Assembly (NCBI RefSeq): GCF_965641715.1
Contig: NZ_OZ282453.1
Reading direction: 5' to 3' (one strand)
Source: Escherichia coli
Lineage (GTDB): Bacteria; Pseudomonadota; Gammaproteobacteria; Enterobacterales; Enterobacteriaceae
DNA: 64,000 nt
How positions within the stretch are numbered: the stretch's first letter is position 1; the number at the start of each line of letters is the position of its first letter. The notes below the pieces were generated by a model that was given only the letters and a program-made list of their open reading frames with translations, was not told where the DNA came from and did no database searches. Below, piece by piece: positions 42,927 through 54,923 of the stretch. The position numbers and the translations under genes are program-made.

Positions 42927-44140
42927 ATATTTTGCAATTTAATGTGCGACTGGCGGAAGGCGGGGCAGCAGGTGTGGCGTTAGATCTCCACCAGCGTGCG
43001 CTGCAACAGGGGCTGGCGTCACATTTTGTCTACGGCTACGGCAAAGGCGGCAAAGAGAGCGTCAGCCATCAAAACTATCCGCAGGTCATCAAACATACGC
43101 CGCGGATGACTGCGATGGCGAACATTGCCCTGTTTCGTCTGTTTAATCGCGATCTGTTCGGCAATTTCAATGAGTTATATCGCACCATTACTCGCACACC
43201 GGGTCCGGTGGTCCTGCATTTTCATGTGCTGCACAGCTACTGGTTGAATCTTAAGAGCGTGGTGCGCTTTTGCGAAAAAGTGAAAAACCACAAACCGGAT
43301 GTCACTCTGGTCTGGACGCTGCACGACCACTGGAGCGTTACCGGGCGCTGCGCCTTTACCGACGGTTGTGAAGGCTGGAAAACGGGCTGCCAGAAATGCC
43401 CGACCTTAAATAATTATCCGCCGGTGAAGATTGATCGGGCGCACCAGCTGGTGGCGGGCAAACGCCAGTTATTCCTTGAGATGCTGGTGCTGGGCTGTCA
43501 GTTTATTTCCCCCAGCCAGCATGTGGCTGACGCTTTCAATAGCCTGTACGGTCCAGGGCGTTGCCGGATCATCAATAATGGCATTGATATGGCAACCGAA
43601 GCGATTCTGGCGGATTTGCCTCCGGTGCGCGAAACTCAGGGCAAGCCGAAAATCGCGGTGGTAGCGCATGACCTGCGTTACGACGGCAAAACTAACCAGC
43701 ACCTGGTGCGCGAGATGATGGCGCTGGACGACAAAATCGAACTGCATACCTTCGGTAAGTTCTCGCCGTTCACCGCTGGCAACGTGGTCAATCACGGCTT
43801 TGAAACCGACAAACGTAAGCTGATGAGCGCGCTCAATCAGATGGATGCGCTGGTATTCAGTTCTCGCGTCGATAACTACCCGCTGATTTTGTGTGAGGCG
43901 TTATCAATTGGCGTGCCGGTGATTGCCACCCATAGCGACGCGGCGCGTGAAGTGTTGCAAAAATCCGGCGGTAAAACCGTCAGCGAAGAAGAGGTGCTGC
44001 AACTGGTCCAGTTAAGCAAACCGGAAATCGCGCAGGCGATATTTGGTACCACGCTGGCTGAGTTCAGCCAACGCAGCCGCGCCGCCTACAGTGGACAACA
44101 GATGCTGGAGGAGTATGTCAACTTCTATCAGAATCTGTAG
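42923..44140 (+). CDS. wcaC: Colanic acid glycosyltransferase WcaC (GT4)
   Basis: 405-aa ORF; synteny. Confidence 0.9.
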   Translation: MNILQFNVRLAEGGAAGVALDLHQRALQQGLASHFVYGYGKGGKESVSHQNYPQVIKHTPRMTAMANIALFRLFNRDLFGNFNELYRTITRTPGPVVLHFHVLHSYWLNLKSVVRFCEKVKNHKPDVTLVWTLHDHWSVTGRCAFTDGCEGWKTGCQKCPTLNNYPPVKIDRAHQLVAGKRQLFLEMLVLGCQFISPSQHVADAFNSLYGPGRCRIINNGIDMATEAILADLPPVRETQGKPKIAVVAHDLRYDGKTNQHLVREMMALDDKIELHTFGKFSPFTAGNVVNHGFETDKRKLMSALNQMDALVFSSRVDNYPLILCEALSIGVPVIATHSDAAREVLQKSGGKTVSEEEVLQLVQLSKPEIAQAIFGTTLAEFSQRSRAAYSGQQMLEEYVNFYQNL

Positions 44141-45332
44141 CTACCTGCTGCTGCCGCTGATCTACCTGCTGGTTAACGTCAAAATCGCCCAGCTTGGCGA
44201 AAGTTTCCCCATCACCATCGTCACTTTTTTACCTGTCTTGTTACTGCTGTTTTTAGAACGCATCAGCGTTAAAAAATTGATGATTGCCTTAGGGATTGGC
44301 GCGGGACTCACGGCGTTTAACTACCTGTTTGGTCAGTCGTTGGATGCCAGTAAATACGTCACTTCAACCATGCTGTTTGTCTATATTGTGATCATTATTG
44401 GCATGGTGTGGAGTATTCGCTTTAAAACGATTTCGCCACACAACCATCGCAAGATATTACGTTTCTTTTATCTGGTGGTCGGACTGGTGGTGGCGCTGGC
44501 GGCGGTGGAGATGGCGCAAATTATCCTCACCGGTGGCAGTAGTATTATGGAGTCGATTTCGAAATATCTGATTTACAGCAACAGCTATGTGCTGAATTTC
44601 ATCAAATTCGGCGGCAAGCGCACGACAGCACTTTATTTCGAACCGGCATTTTTCGCTCTGGCATTAATCTCAATTTGGCTCAGCATCAAACAGTTTGGTA
44701 TCAAAACGCCTAAAACCGATGCTATGATTCTCGCAGGGATAATATTATCCGGATCGTTTTCAGGGGTTATGACCTTTATCCTGTTTTATTTGCTGGAGTG
44801 GGCATTTCAATATCTGAATAAAGAGGCGATTAAGAAAAAGTTACCGTTAGCATTGATTTCTCTGGCTGTATTCCTGGTTGGTGTGGTAATCGCGTTTCCT
44901 TATATTTCCACCCGTCTGGGCGATTTAGGTACGGAAGGATCGTCATCGTATTATCGTATTGTCGGTCCGCTGGTGATGGTCGGTTATTCTTTGACCCATA
45001 TTGACGGTGTAGTCAGATTTGGCTCACTTTATGAATATGTTGCATCATTCGGAATATTTAACGGTGCGGATGTCGGAAAAACCATAGACAATGGTTTGTA
45101 TCTGCTGATTATTTATTTTTCCTGGTTCGCGGTGTTTTTATCGCTGTGGTACATGGGGAAAGTGATAAAAATGATGATCAACGCTTTTGGTGATAACCGC
45201 AATTTTCGCGTGCAATTATATCTTTTTACTCCGGTATCGCTGTTTTTTACCGGTTCGATATTTAGCCCGGAATATGCATTTTTAATCGTCTGTCCGTTTA
45301 TTTTGCGAAAAGCGTTAAATATTACGAGGTAA
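44115..45332 (+). CDS. wcaD: Colanic acid polymerase WcaD (Wzy-like)
   Basis: 405-aa polytopic membrane product starting [19 protein letters not shown]... inside track ORF 44043-45332; overlaps wcaC 3' end. Confidence 0.9.
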   Translation: MSTSIRICSYLLLPLIYLLVNVKIAQLGESFPITIVTFLPVLLLLFLERISVKKLMIALGIGAGLTAFNYLFGQSLDASKYVTSTMLFVYIVIIIGMVWSIRFKTISPHNHRKILRFFYLVVGLVVALAAVEMAQIILTGGSSIMESISKYLIYSNSYVLNFIKFGGKRTTALYFEPAFFALALISIWLSIKQFGIKTPKTDAMILAGIILSGSFSGVMTFILFYLLEWAFQYLNKEAIKKKLPLALISLAVFLVGVVIAFPYISTRLGDLGTEGSSSYYRIVGPLVMVGYSLTHIDGVVRFGSLYEYVASFGIFNGADVGKTIDNGLYLLIIYFSWFAVFLSLWYMGKVIKMMINAFGDNRNFRVQLYLFTPVSLFFTGSIFSPEYAFLIVCPFILRKALNITR

Positions 45333-45342
45333 GAATAAGAAC

Positions 45343-46089
45343 ATGTTGCTTAGCATAATCACTGTCGCGTTTCGTAACCTCGAAGGGATAGTCAAAACAT
45401 ATGCCTCGCTGGCGCATCTGGCGCAGGCGGACGATATCAGCTTCGAATGGATTGTTGTCGATGGCGGTTCCAACGATGGCACCCGTGAGTATCTGGAAAA
45501 TCTCAATGGTATCTATAACCTACGCTTTGTCAGCGAGCCAGATAACGGTATCTACGACGCCATGAACAAAGGCATTGCGATGGCACAAGGCAAGTTCGCG
45601 TTGTTTCTCAACTCAGGTGATATTTTTCATCAGGATGCCGCAAATTTTGTCCGTAAGTTAAAAGTGCAAAAAGATAACGTGATGATCACCGGCGATGCGC
45701 TGCTGGATTTTGGCGACGGGCATAAAATTAAACGTAGCGCCAAACCGGGTTGGTATATTTATCACAGCCTGCCCGCCAGTCATCAGGCGATATTTTTCCC
45801 GGTATCCGGTTTGAAAAAATGGCGTTATGACCTGGAATATAAAGTTTCTTCTGATTACGCGCTGGCAGCCAAAATGTATAAAGCCGGTTATGCATTTAAA
45901 AAACTCAATGGTCTGGTGTCTGAATTTTCTATGGGTGGGGTATCAACCACCAATAATATGGAATTATGTGCTGACGCCAAAAAAGTCCAACGGCAAATAT
46001 TACATGTGCCTGGCTTCTGGGCAGAATTATCCTGGCATTTACGCCAGCGTACTACCTCAAAGACGAAAGCCTTATATAACAAAAGCTGA
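45343..46089 (+). CDS. wcaE: Colanic acid glycosyltransferase WcaE (GT2)
   Basis: 248-aa ORF; synteny. Confidence 0.9.
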   Translation: MLLSIITVAFRNLEGIVKTYASLAHLAQADDISFEWIVVDGGSNDGTREYLENLNGIYNLRFVSEPDNGIYDAMNKGIAMAQGKFALFLNSGDIFHQDAANFVRKLKVQKDNVMITGDALLDFGDGHKIKRSAKPGWYIYHSLPASHQAIFFPVSGLKKWRYDLEYKVSSDYALAAKMYKAGYAFKKLNGLVSEFSMGGVSTTNNMELCADAKKVQRQILHVPGFWAELSWHLRQRTTSKTKALYNKS

Positions 46090-46104
46090 ATATAAGGGAA
46101 AACG

Positions 46105-46653
46105 ATGCAGGATTTAAGTGGATTCTCGGTGCCGAAAGGGTTCCGGGGGGGCAACGCTATTAAAGTGCAATTGTGGTGGGCAGTACAGGCAACATTATTT
46201 GCCTGGTCGCCACAAGTATTGTATCGCTGGCGGGCATTTTTATTACGTTTATTCGGCGCAAAAATAGGAAAAAACGTAGTTATTCGTCCGTCAGTAAAAA
46301 TTACCTATCCGTGGAAATTAACCTTAGGTGATTACGCGTGGGTCGGCGATGACGTCAATTTATATACCCTCGGTGAAATAACCATTGGCGCACATTCGGT
46401 GATATCGCAAAAAAGTTATTTATGCACCGGGAGCCACGACCATGCAAGTCAACATTTCACCATTAACGCCACGCCTATTGTGATTGGCGAGAAATGCTGG
46501 CTGGCAACCGATGTTTTTGTTGCCCCAGGCGTCACGATTGGCGACGGCACCGTCGTGGGTGCGCGAAGCAGTGTTTTTAAATCGCTTCCGGCAAATGTGG
46601 TTTGCCGGGGGAATCCCGCAGTGGTGATACGCAAACGCGTTGAAACTGAATAA
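46105..46653 (+). CDS. wcaF: Colanic acid O-acetyltransferase WcaF (hexapeptide repeat)
   Basis: 182-aa ORF with hexapeptide repeats. Confidence 0.9.
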   Translation: MQDLSGFSVPKGFRGGNAIKVQLWWAVQATLFAWSPQVLYRWRAFLLRLFGAKIGKNVVIRPSVKITYPWKLTLGDYAWVGDDVNLYTLGEITIGAHSVISQKSYLCTGSHDHASQHFTINATPIVIGEKCWLATDVFVAPGVTIGDGTVVGARSSVFKSLPANVVCRGNPAVVIRKRVETE

Positions 46654-46679
46654 ATTCAAAAAATACAGAGGAATAAGAC

Positions 46680-47801
46680 ATGTCAAAAGTCGCTCTCATC
46701 ACCGGTGTAACCGGACAAGACGGTTCTTACCTGGCAGAGTTTCTGCTGGAAAAAGGTTACGAGGTACATGGTATTAAGCGTCGCGCATCGTCATTCAACA
46801 CCGAGCGCGTGGATCACATTTATCAGGATCCGCACACCTGCAACCCGAAATTCCATCTGCATTATGGCGACCTGAGTGATACCTCCAACCTGACGCGCAT
46901 TTTGCGTGAAGTGCAGCCGGATGAAGTGTACAACCTGGGCGCAATGAGCCACGTTGCGGTCTCTTTTGAGTCACCAGAATATACCGCTGACGTCGACGCG
47001 ATGGGTACGCTGCGCCTGCTCGAGGCGATCCGCTTCCTCGGTCTGGAAAAGAAAACCCGTTTCTATCAGGCTTCCACTTCTGAACTGTACGGTCTGGTGC
47101 AGGAAATTCCGCAGAAAGAAACCACGCCGTTCTATCCGCGATCTCCGTATGCGGTCGCCAAACTGTATGCCTACTGGATCACCGTTAACTACCGCGAATC
47201 CTACGGCATGTACGCCTGTAACGGTATTCTCTTCAACCATGAATCCCCGCGCCGCGGCGAAACCTTCGTTACCCGCAAAATCACCCGCGCAATCGCCAAT
47301 ATCGCCCAGGGGCTGGAGTCGTGCCTGTACCTCGGCAATATGGATTCCCTGCGTGACTGGGGCCACGCCAAAGACTACGTAAAAATGCAGTGGATGATGC
47401 TGCAACAGGAACAGCCAGAAGATTTCGTTATCGCGACCGGCGTTCAGTACTCCGTACGTCAGTTCGTGGAAATGGCGGCAGCACAGCTGGGCATCAAACT
47501 GCGCTTTGAAGGCACGGGTGTTGAAGAGAAGGGCATTGTGGTTTCCGTCACCGGGCATGACGCGCCGGGCGTTAAACCGGGCGATGTGATTATCGCTGTT
47601 GACCCGCGCTACTTCCGTCCGGCAGAAGTTGAAACGCTGCTCGGCGACCCGACCAAAGCGCACGAAAAACTGGGCTGGAAACCGGAAATCACCCTCAGAG
47701 AGATGGTGTCTGAAATGGTGGCTAATGACCTCGAAGCGGCGAAAAAACACTCTCTGCTGAAATCTCACGGCTACGACGTGGCGATCGCGCTGGAGTCATA
47801 A
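46680..47801 (+). CDS. gmd: GDP-mannose 4,6-dehydratase
   Basis: 373-aa ORF with SDR Rossmann motif ([17 protein letters not shown]). Confidence 0.95.
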
Positions 47802-47803
47802 GC

Positions 47804-48769
47804 ATGAGTAGACAACGCATTTTTATCGCTGGCCATCGCGGGATGGTCGGTTCTGCCATCAGGCGGCAGCTCGAACAGCGCGGTGATGTGGAACTGGTAT
47901 TACGCACCCGCGACGAGCTGAACCTGCTGGACAGCCGCGCCGTGCATGATTTCTTTGCCAGCGAACGTATTGACCAGGTCTATCTGGCGGCGGCGAAAGT
48001 GGGCGGCATTGTTGCCAACAACACCTATCCGGCGGATTTCATCTATCAGAACATGATAATTGAGAGCAACATCATTCACGCCGCGCATCAGAACGACGTG
48101 AACAAACTGCTGTTTCTCGGATCGTCCTGTATCTACCCGAAACTGGCAAAACAGCCGATGGCAGAAAGCGAGTTGTTGCAGGGCACGCTGGAGCCGACCA
48201 ACGAGCCTTACGCCATTGCCAAAATCGCCGGGATCAAACTGTGCGAATCTTACAACCGCCAGTATGGACGCGATTACCGCTCAGTCATGCCGACCAACCT
48301 GTATGGCCCGCATGACAACTTCCACCCGAGTAATTCGCATGTGATCCCTGCATTGCTGCGTCGCTTCCACGAGGCGACGGCACAGAATGCACCGGACGTG
48401 GTGGTGTGGGGCAGCGGTACACCGATGCGCGAATTTCTGCACGTCGATGATATGGCGGCGGCGAGCATTCATGTCATGGAGCTGGCGCATGAAGTCTGGC
48501 TGGAAAACACCCAGCCGATGCTGTCACACATTAACGTCGGCACGGGCGTTGACTGCACTATCCGCGAGCTGGCGCAAACCATCGCCAAAGTAGTGGGTTA
48601 CAAAGGTCGGGTGGTTTTTGATGCCAGCAAACCGGATGGTACGCCGCGCAAACTGCTGGATGTGACGCGCCTGCATCAGCTTGGCTGGTATCACGAAATC
48701 TCACTGGAAGCGGGGCTTGCCAGCACTTACCAGTGGTTCCTTGAGAATCAAGACCGCTTTCGGGGGTAA
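47804..48769 (+). CDS. fcl: GDP-L-fucose synthase (WcaG)
   Basis: 321-aa ORF with NAD(P)-binding motif ([12 protein letters not shown]). Confidence 0.95.
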   Translation: MSRQRIFIAGHRGMVGSAIRRQLEQRGDVELVLRTRDELNLLDSRAVHDFFASERIDQVYLAAAKVGGIVANNTYPADFIYQNMIIESNIIHAAHQNDVNKLLFLGSSCIYPKLAKQPMAESELLQGTLEPTNEPYAIAKIAGIKLCESYNRQYGRDYRSVMPTNLYGPHDNFHPSNSHVIPALLRRFHEATAQNAPDVVVWGSGTPMREFLHVDDMAAASIHVMELAHEVWLENTQPMLSHINVGTGVDCTIRELAQTIAKVVGYKGRVVFDASKPDGTPRKLLDVTRLHQLGWYHEISLEAGLASTYQWFLENQDRFRG

Positions 48770-48771
48770 TG

Positions 48772-49251
48772 ATGTTTTTACGTCAGGAAGACTTTGCCAC
48801 GGTAGTGCGCTCCACACCGCTTGTCTCTCTCGACTTTATTGTCGAGAACAGTCGCGGCGAGTTTCTGCTTGGCAAAAGAACCAACCGCCCGGCGCAGGGT
48901 TACTGGTTTGTGCCAGGAGGGCGCGTGCAGAAAGACGAAACGCTGGAAGCCGCATTTGAGCGGCTGACGATGGCGGAACTGGGGCTGCGTCTGCCGATAA
49001 CAGCAGGCCAGTTTTACGGTGTCTGGCAGCACTTTTATGACGATAACTTCTCTGGCACGGATTTCACCACGCACTATGTGGTGCTCGGTTTTCGCTTCAG
49101 AGTAGCGGAAGAAGAACTGTTACTGCCGGATGAGCAGCATGACGATTACCGCTGGCTGACGCCGGACGCACTGCTCGCCAGTGACAATGTTCACGCTAAC
49201 AGCCGCGCCTATTTTCTCGCTGAGAAGCGTGCCGGAGTACCCGGATTATGA
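48772..49251 (+). CDS. gmm: GDP-mannose mannosyl hydrolase (Nudix, WcaH)
   Basis: 159-aa product [24 protein letters not shown]...; second ATG of track ORF 48769-49251. Confidence 0.9.
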   Translation: MFLRQEDFATVVRSTPLVSLDFIVENSRGEFLLGKRTNRPAQGYWFVPGGRVQKDETLEAAFERLTMAELGLRLPITAGQFYGVWQHFYDDNFSGTDFTTHYVVLGFRFRVAEEELLLPDEQHDDYRWLTPDALLASDNVHANSRAYFLAEKRAGVPGL

Positions 49252-50471
49252 AAATACTGGTCTACGGCATTAACTACTCGCCGGAGTTAACCGGCATCGG
49301 CAAATACACCGGCGAGATGGTGGAATGGCTGGCGGCACAAGGTCATGAGGTGCGGGTTATTACCGCACCGCCTTACTACCCGCAGTGGCAGGTGGGCGAG
49401 AACTATTCCGCCTGGCGCTACAAACGAGAAGAGGGGGCCGCCACGGTGTGGCGCTGCCCGCTGTACGTGCCAAAACAGCCGAGCACCCTGAAACGCTTGT
49501 TGCATCTCGGCAGTTTTGCCGTCAGCAGTTTTTTCCCGTTGATGGCGCAACGTCGCTGGAAGCCGGATCGTATTATCGGCGTGGTGCCAACGCTGTTTTG
49601 CACGCCAGGAATGCGCCTGCTGGCGAAGCTCTCTGGTGCGCGTATCGTGCTGCATATTCAGGATTACGAAGTGGACGCCATGCTGGGGCTGGGCCTTGCC
49701 GGAAAAGGCAAAGGCGGCAAAGTGGCACAGCTGGCAACGGCGTTCGAACGTAGCGGACTGCATAACGTCGATAACGTCTCCACGATTTCGCGTTCGATGA
49801 TGAATAAAGCCATCGAAAAAGGCGTGGCGGCGGAAAACGTCATCTTCTTCCCCAACTGGTCGGAAATCGCCCGTTTTCAGCATGTTGCAGATGCAGATGT
49901 TGATGCCCTTCGTAACCAGCTTGGCCTGCCGGATAACAAAAAAATCATTCTTTACTCCGGCAATATTGGTGAAAAGCAGGGGCTGGAAAACGTTATTGAA
50001 GCTGCCGATCGTCTGCGCGATGAACCGCTGATTTTTGCCATTGTCGGGCAGGGCGGCGGCAAAGCGCGGCTGGAAAAAATGGCGCAGCAGCGTGGACTGC
50101 GCAACATGCAATTTTTCCCGCTGCAATCGTATGACGCTTTACCCGCACTGCTGAAGATGGGCGATTGCCATCTGGTGGTGCAAAAACGCGGCGCGGCAGA
50201 TGCCGTATTGCCGTCGAAACTGACCAATATTCTGGCAGTAGGCGGTAACGCGGTGATTACTGCTGAAGCCTACACAGAACTGGGGCAGCTTTGCGAAACC
50301 TTTCCGGGCATTGCGGTTTGCGTTGAACCGGAATCGGTTGAGGCGCTGGTGGCGGGGATTCGTCAGGCGCTCCTGCTGCCCAAACACAACACGGTGGCAC
50401 GTGAATATGCCGAACGCACGCTCGATAAAGAGAACGTGTTACGTCAATTTATAAATGATATTCGGGGATAA
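49248..50471 (+). CDS. wcaI: Colanic acid glycosyltransferase WcaI (GT4)
   Basis: 407-aa ORF; synteny. Confidence 0.9.
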   Translation: MKILVYGINYSPELTGIGKYTGEMVEWLAAQGHEVRVITAPPYYPQWQVGENYSAWRYKREEGAATVWRCPLYVPKQPSTLKRLLHLGSFAVSSFFPLMAQRRWKPDRIIGVVPTLFCTPGMRLLAKLSGARIVLHIQDYEVDAMLGLGLAGKGKGGKVAQLATAFERSGLHNVDNVSTISRSMMNKAIEKGVAAENVIFFPNWSEIARFQHVADADVDALRNQLGLPDNKKIILYSGNIGEKQGLENVIEAADRLRDEPLIFAIVGQGGGKARLEKMAQQRGLRNMQFFPLQSYDALPALLKMGDCHLVVQKRGAADAVLPSKLTNILAVGGNAVITAEAYTELGQLCETFPGIAVCVEPESVEALVAGIRQALLLPKHNTVAREYAERTLDKENVLRQFINDIRG

Positions 50472-50473
50472 TT

Positions 50474-51910
50474 ATGGCGCAGTCGAAACTCTATCCAGTT
50501 GTGATGGCAGGTGGCTCCGGTAGCCGCTTATGGCCGCTTTCCCGCGTACTTTACCCCAAGCAGTTTTTATGCCTGAAAGGCGATCTCACCATGCTGCAAA
50601 CCACCATCTGTCGCCTGAACGGCGTGGAGTGCGAAAGCCCGGTGGTGATTTGCAATGAGCAGCACCGCTTTATTGTCGCGGAACAGCTGCGTCAACTGAA
50701 CAAACTCACCGAGAACATTATTCTCGAACCGGCAGGGCGTAACACTGCACCTGCCATTGCACTGGCGGCGCTGGCGGCAAAACGTCATAGCCCGGAGAGC
50801 GACCCGTTAATGCTGGTATTGGCGGCGGATCATGTGATTGCCGATGAAGACGCGTTCCGTGCCGCCGTGCGTAATGCCATGCCGTATGCCGAAGCGGGCA
50901 AGCTGGTGACCTTTGGCATTGTGCCGGATCTACCAGAAACCGGTTATGGCTATATTCGTCGCGGTGAAGTGTCTGCGGGTGAGCAGGATACGGTGGCCTT
51001 TGAAGTGGCGCAGTTTGTCGAAAAACCGAATCTGGAAACCGCCCAGGCCTATGTGGCAAGCGGCGAATATTACTGGAACAGCGGCATGTTCCTGTTCCGC
51101 GCCGGACGCTATCTCGAAGAACTGAAAAAATATCGCCCGGATATTCTCGACGCCTGTGAAAAAGCGATGAGCGCCGTCGATCCGGATCTCGATTTTATTC
51201 GCGTGGATGAAGAAGCGTTTCTGGCCTGCCCGGAAGAGTCGGTGGATTACGCGGTCATGGAACGTACGGCAGATGCTGTTGTGGTGCCGATGGATGCGGG
51301 CTGGAGCGATGTCGGTTCCTGGTCTTCATTATGGGAGATTAGCGCCCACACCGCCGAGGGCAACGTTTGCCACGGCGATGTGATTAATCACAAAACTGAA
51401 AACAGCTATGTGTATGCCGAATCTGGCCTGGTCACCACCGTCGGGGTGAAAGATCTGGTAGTGGTGCAGACCAAAGATGCGGTGCTGATTGCCGACCGTA
51501 ACGCGGTGCAGGATGTGAAAAAAGTGGTCGAGCAGATCAAAGCCGATGGTCGCCATGAGCATCGGGTACATCGCGAAGTCTATCGCCCGTGGGGCAAATA
51601 TGACTCTATCGACGCGGGCGACCGCTACCAGGTGAAACGCATCACCGTGAAACCGGGCGAAGGCTTGTCGGTACAGATGCACCATCACCGCGCGGAACAC
51701 TGGGTGGTTGTCGCGGGAACGGCAAAAGTCACTATTGACGGTGATATCAAACTGCTTGGTGAAAACGAGTCGATTTATATTCCGCTGGGGGCGACGCACT
51801 GCCTGGAAAACCCGGGGAAAATTCCGCTCGATTTAATTGAAGTGCGCTCCGGCTCTTATCTCGAAGAGGATGATGTGGTGCGCTTCGCGGATCGCTACGG
51901 ACGGGTGTAA
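50474..51910 (+). CDS. cpsB: Mannose-1-phosphate guanylyltransferase (ManC)
   Basis: 478-aa ORF with nucleotidyltransferase N-terminus ([16 protein letters not shown]) and cupin C-terminus. Confidence 0.95.
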   Translation: MAQSKLYPVVMAGGSGSRLWPLSRVLYPKQFLCLKGDLTMLQTTICRLNGVECESPVVICNEQHRFIVAEQLRQLNKLTENIILEPAGRNTAPAIALAALAAKRHSPESDPLMLVLAADHVIADEDAFRAAVRNAMPYAEAGKLVTFGIVPDLPETGYGYIRRGEVSAGEQDTVAFEVAQFVEKPNLETAQAYVASGEYYWNSGMFLFRAGRYLEELKKYRPDILDACEKAMSAVDPDLDFIRVDEEAFLACPEESVDYAVMERTADAVVVPMDAGWSDVGSWSSLWEISAHTAEGNVCHGDVINHKTENSYVYAESGLVTTVGVKDLVVVQTKDAVLIADRNAVQDVKKVVEQIKADGRHEHRVHREVYRPWGKYDSIDAGDRYQVKRITVKPGEGLSVQMHHHRAEHWVVVAGTAKVTIDGDIKLLGENESIYIPLGATHCLENPGKIPLDLIEVRSGSYLEEDDVVRFADRYGRV

Positions 51911-52020
<110 letters not shown>

Positions 52021-52102
52021 CGAAACCGCGGTGTAAATAACGACAAAAACAAAATTGGCCGTTTCGGTCAGGGCCAACTATTGCCTGAAAAAGGGTAACG
52101 AT

Positions 52103-53473
52103 ATGAAAAAATTAACCTGCTTTAAAGCCTATGATATTCGCGGGAAATTAGGCGAAGAACTGAATGAAGATATTGCCTGGCGTATTGGTCGCGCCTATGG
52201 CGAATTTCTTAAACCGAAAACCATTGTTTTAGGCGGTGATGTCCGCCTCACCAGCGAAACCTTAAAACTGGCGCTGGCAAAAGGTTTACAGGATGCGGGC
52301 GTCGACGTGCTGGATATTGGCATGTCCGGCACCGAAGAGATCTATTTCGCCACGTTCCATCTCGGCGTGGATGGCGGCATTGAAGTTACCGCCAGCCATA
52401 ATCCGATGGATTACAACGGCATGAAGCTGGTGCGCGAAGGGGCTCGCCCAATCAGCGGTGATACCGGACTGCGCGATGTCCAGCGTCTGGCTGAAGCCAA
52501 CGACTTTCCTCCCGTCGATGAAACCAAACGCGGTCGCTATCAGCAAATCAGCCTGCGTGATGCATACGTTGATCACCTGTTTGGTTATATCAACGTCAAA
52601 AACCTCACGCCGCTCAAGCTGGTGATTAACTCCGGGAACGGCGCAGCGGGTCCGGTAGTGGACGCCATTGAAGCCCGCTTTAAAGCCCTCGGCGCACCTG
52701 TGGAATTGATCAAAGTGCACAACACGCCGGACGGTAATTTCCCCAACGGTATTCCTAACCCGCTACTGCCAGAATGCCGCGACGACACCCGCAATGCGGT
52801 CATCAAACACGGCGCGGATATGGGCATTGCCTTTGATGGCGATTTTGACCGCTGCTTCCTGTTTGACGAAAAAGGGCAGTTTATCGAAGGCTACTACATT
52901 GTCGGCCTGCTGGCAGAAGCGTTCCTCGAAAAAAATCCCGGCGCGAAGATCATCCACGATCCACGTCTCTCCTGGAACACTGTTGATGTGGTGACGGCCG
53001 CGGGCGGCACTCCGGTGATGTCGAAAACCGGACACGCCTTTATTAAAGAACGTATGCGCAAGGAAGACGCCGTCTACGGTGGCGAAATGAGCGCCCACCA
53101 TTACTTCCGTGATTTCGCTTACTGCGACAGCGGCATGATCCCGTGGCTGCTGGTCGCCGAACTGGTGTGCCTGAAAGGAAAAACGCTGGGAGAACTGGTG
53201 CGCGACCGGATGGCGGCATTCCCGGCAAGCGGTGAGATCAACAGCAAACTGGCGCAACCCGTTGAGGCGATTAACCGCGTGGAACAGCATTTTAGCCGTG
53301 AGGCGCTGGCGGTGGATCGCACCGATGGCATCAGCATGACCTTTGCCGACTGGCGCTTTAACCTGCGCACCTCCAACACCGAACCGGTGGTGCGGTTGAA
53401 TGTGGAATCACGCGGTGATGTGCCGCTGATGGAAGCGCGAACGCGAACTCTGCTGACGTTGCTGAACGAGTAA
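52103..53473 (+). CDS. cpsG: Phosphomannomutase (ManB)
   Basis: 456-aa product [20 protein letters not shown]... with phosphoserine loop (TASHNP); ATG at 52103 inside track ORF 52055-53473. Confidence 0.95.
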   Translation: MKKLTCFKAYDIRGKLGEELNEDIAWRIGRAYGEFLKPKTIVLGGDVRLTSETLKLALAKGLQDAGVDVLDIGMSGTEEIYFATFHLGVDGGIEVTASHNPMDYNGMKLVREGARPISGDTGLRDVQRLAEANDFPPVDETKRGRYQQISLRDAYVDHLFGYINVKNLTPLKLVINSGNGAAGPVVDAIEARFKALGAPVELIKVHNTPDGNFPNGIPNPLLPECRDDTRNAVIKHGADMGIAFDGDFDRCFLFDEKGQFIEGYYIVGLLAEAFLEKNPGAKIIHDPRLSWNTVDVVTAAGGTPVMSKTGHAFIKERMRKEDAVYGGEMSAHHYFRDFAYCDSGMIPWLLVAELVCLKGKTLGELVRDRMAAFPASGEINSKLAQPVEAINRVEQHFSREALAVDRTDGISMTFADWRFNLRTSNTEPVVRLNVESRGDVPLMEARTRTLLTLLNE

Positions 53474-53527
53474 TGTCGGATCTTCCCTTACCCCATTGCG
53501 GGTAAGGGGCTAATAACAGGAACAACG

Positions 53528-54922
53528 ATGACAAATCTAAAAAAGCGCGAGCGAGCGAAAACCAATGCATCGTTAATCTCTATGGTGCAACGCTTTTCAG
53601 ATATCACCATCATGTTTGCCGGACTATGGCTGGTTTGCGAAGTCAGCGGACTGTCATTCCTCTACATGCACCTGTTGGTGGCGCTGATTACGCTGGTGGT
53701 GTTCCAGATGCTGGGCGGCATCACCGATTTTTATCGCTCATGGCGCGGTGTTCGGGCAGCGACAGAATTTGCCCTGCTGCTACAAAACTGGACCTTAAGC
53801 GTGATTTTCAGCGCCGGACTGGTGGCGTTCAACAATGATTTCGACACGCAACTGAAAATCTGGCTGGCGTGGTATGGGCTGACCAGTATCGGACTGGTGG
53901 TTTGCCGTTCATGTATTCGTATTGGGGCGGGCTGGCTGCGTAATCATGGCTATAACAAGCGCATGGTCGCCGTAGCGGGGGATTTAGCCGCCGGACAAAT
54001 GCTGATGGAGAGCTTCCGTAATCAGCCGTGGTTAGGGTTTGAAGTGGTGGGGGTTTACCACGACCCGAAACCGGGCGGCGTTTCTAACGACTGGGTGGGT
54101 AACCTGCAACAGCTGGTCGAGGATGCTAAAGCAGGCAAGATTCATAACGTCTATATCGCGATGCAAATGTGCGACGGCGCGCGAGTGAAAAAACTGGTCC
54201 ATCAATTGGCGGACACCACCTGTTCGGTGCTGCTGATCCCCGATGTCTTTACCTTCAATATTCTTCATTCCCGTATCGAAGAGATGAACGGCGTACCGGT
54301 GGTGCCGCTGTATGACACGCCGCTTTCCGGGGTAAACCGCCTGCTCAAACGTGCGGAAGATATTGTGCTGGCGACGCTTATTCTGCTGCTGATCTCCCCG
54401 GTGCTGTGCTGTATTGCGCTGGCGGTGAAACTCAGTTCACCAGGGCCGGTTATTTTCCGCCAGACTCGCTATGGCATGGATGGCAAGCCGATCAAAGTGT
54501 GGAAGTTCCGTTCCATGAAAGTGATGGAGAACGACAAAGTGGTGACTCAGGCGACGCAGAACGATCCGCGCGTCACCAAAGTGGGGAACTTTCTGCGCCG
54601 CACCTCGCTGGATGAATTGCCGCAGTTTATCAATGTGCTGACCGGGGGGATGTCGATTGTCGGTCCACGTCCGCACGCGGTGGCGCATAACGAACAGTAT
54701 CGACAGCTCATTGAAGGCTACATGCTGCGCCATAAGGTGAAACCGGGCATTACCGGCTGGGCGCAGATTAATGGCTGGCGCGGCGAAACTGACACGCTGG
54801 AGAAAATGGAAAAACGCGTCGAGTTCGACCTTGAGTACATCCGCGAATGGAGCGTCTGGTTCGATATCAAAATCGTTTTCCTGACGGTATTCAAAGGCTT
54901 CGTTAACAAAGCGGCATATTGA
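53528..54922 (+). CDS. wcaJ: UDP-glucose:undecaprenyl-phosphate glucose-1-phosphate transferase WcaJ
   Basis: 464-aa ORF with N-terminal TM segments and C-terminal sugar transferase domain. Confidence 0.95.
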   Translation: MTNLKKRERAKTNASLISMVQRFSDITIMFAGLWLVCEVSGLSFLYMHLLVALITLVVFQMLGGITDFYRSWRGVRAATEFALLLQNWTLSVIFSAGLVAFNNDFDTQLKIWLAWYGLTSIGLVVCRSCIRIGAGWLRNHGYNKRMVAVAGDLAAGQMLMESFRNQPWLGFEVVGVYHDPKPGGVSNDWVGNLQQLVEDAKAGKIHNVYIAMQMCDGARVKKLVHQLADTTCSVLLIPDVFTFNILHSRIEEMNGVPVVPLYDTPLSGVNRLLKRAEDIVLATLILLLISPVLCCIALAVKLSSPGPVIFRQTRYGMDGKPIKVWKFRSMKVMENDKVVTQATQNDPRVTKVGNFLRRTSLDELPQFINVLTGGMSIVGPRPHAVAHNEQYRQLIEGYMLRHKVKPGITGWAQINGWRGETDTLEKMEKRVEFDLEYIREWSVWFDIKIVFLTVFKGFVNKAAY

Positions 54923-54923
54923 T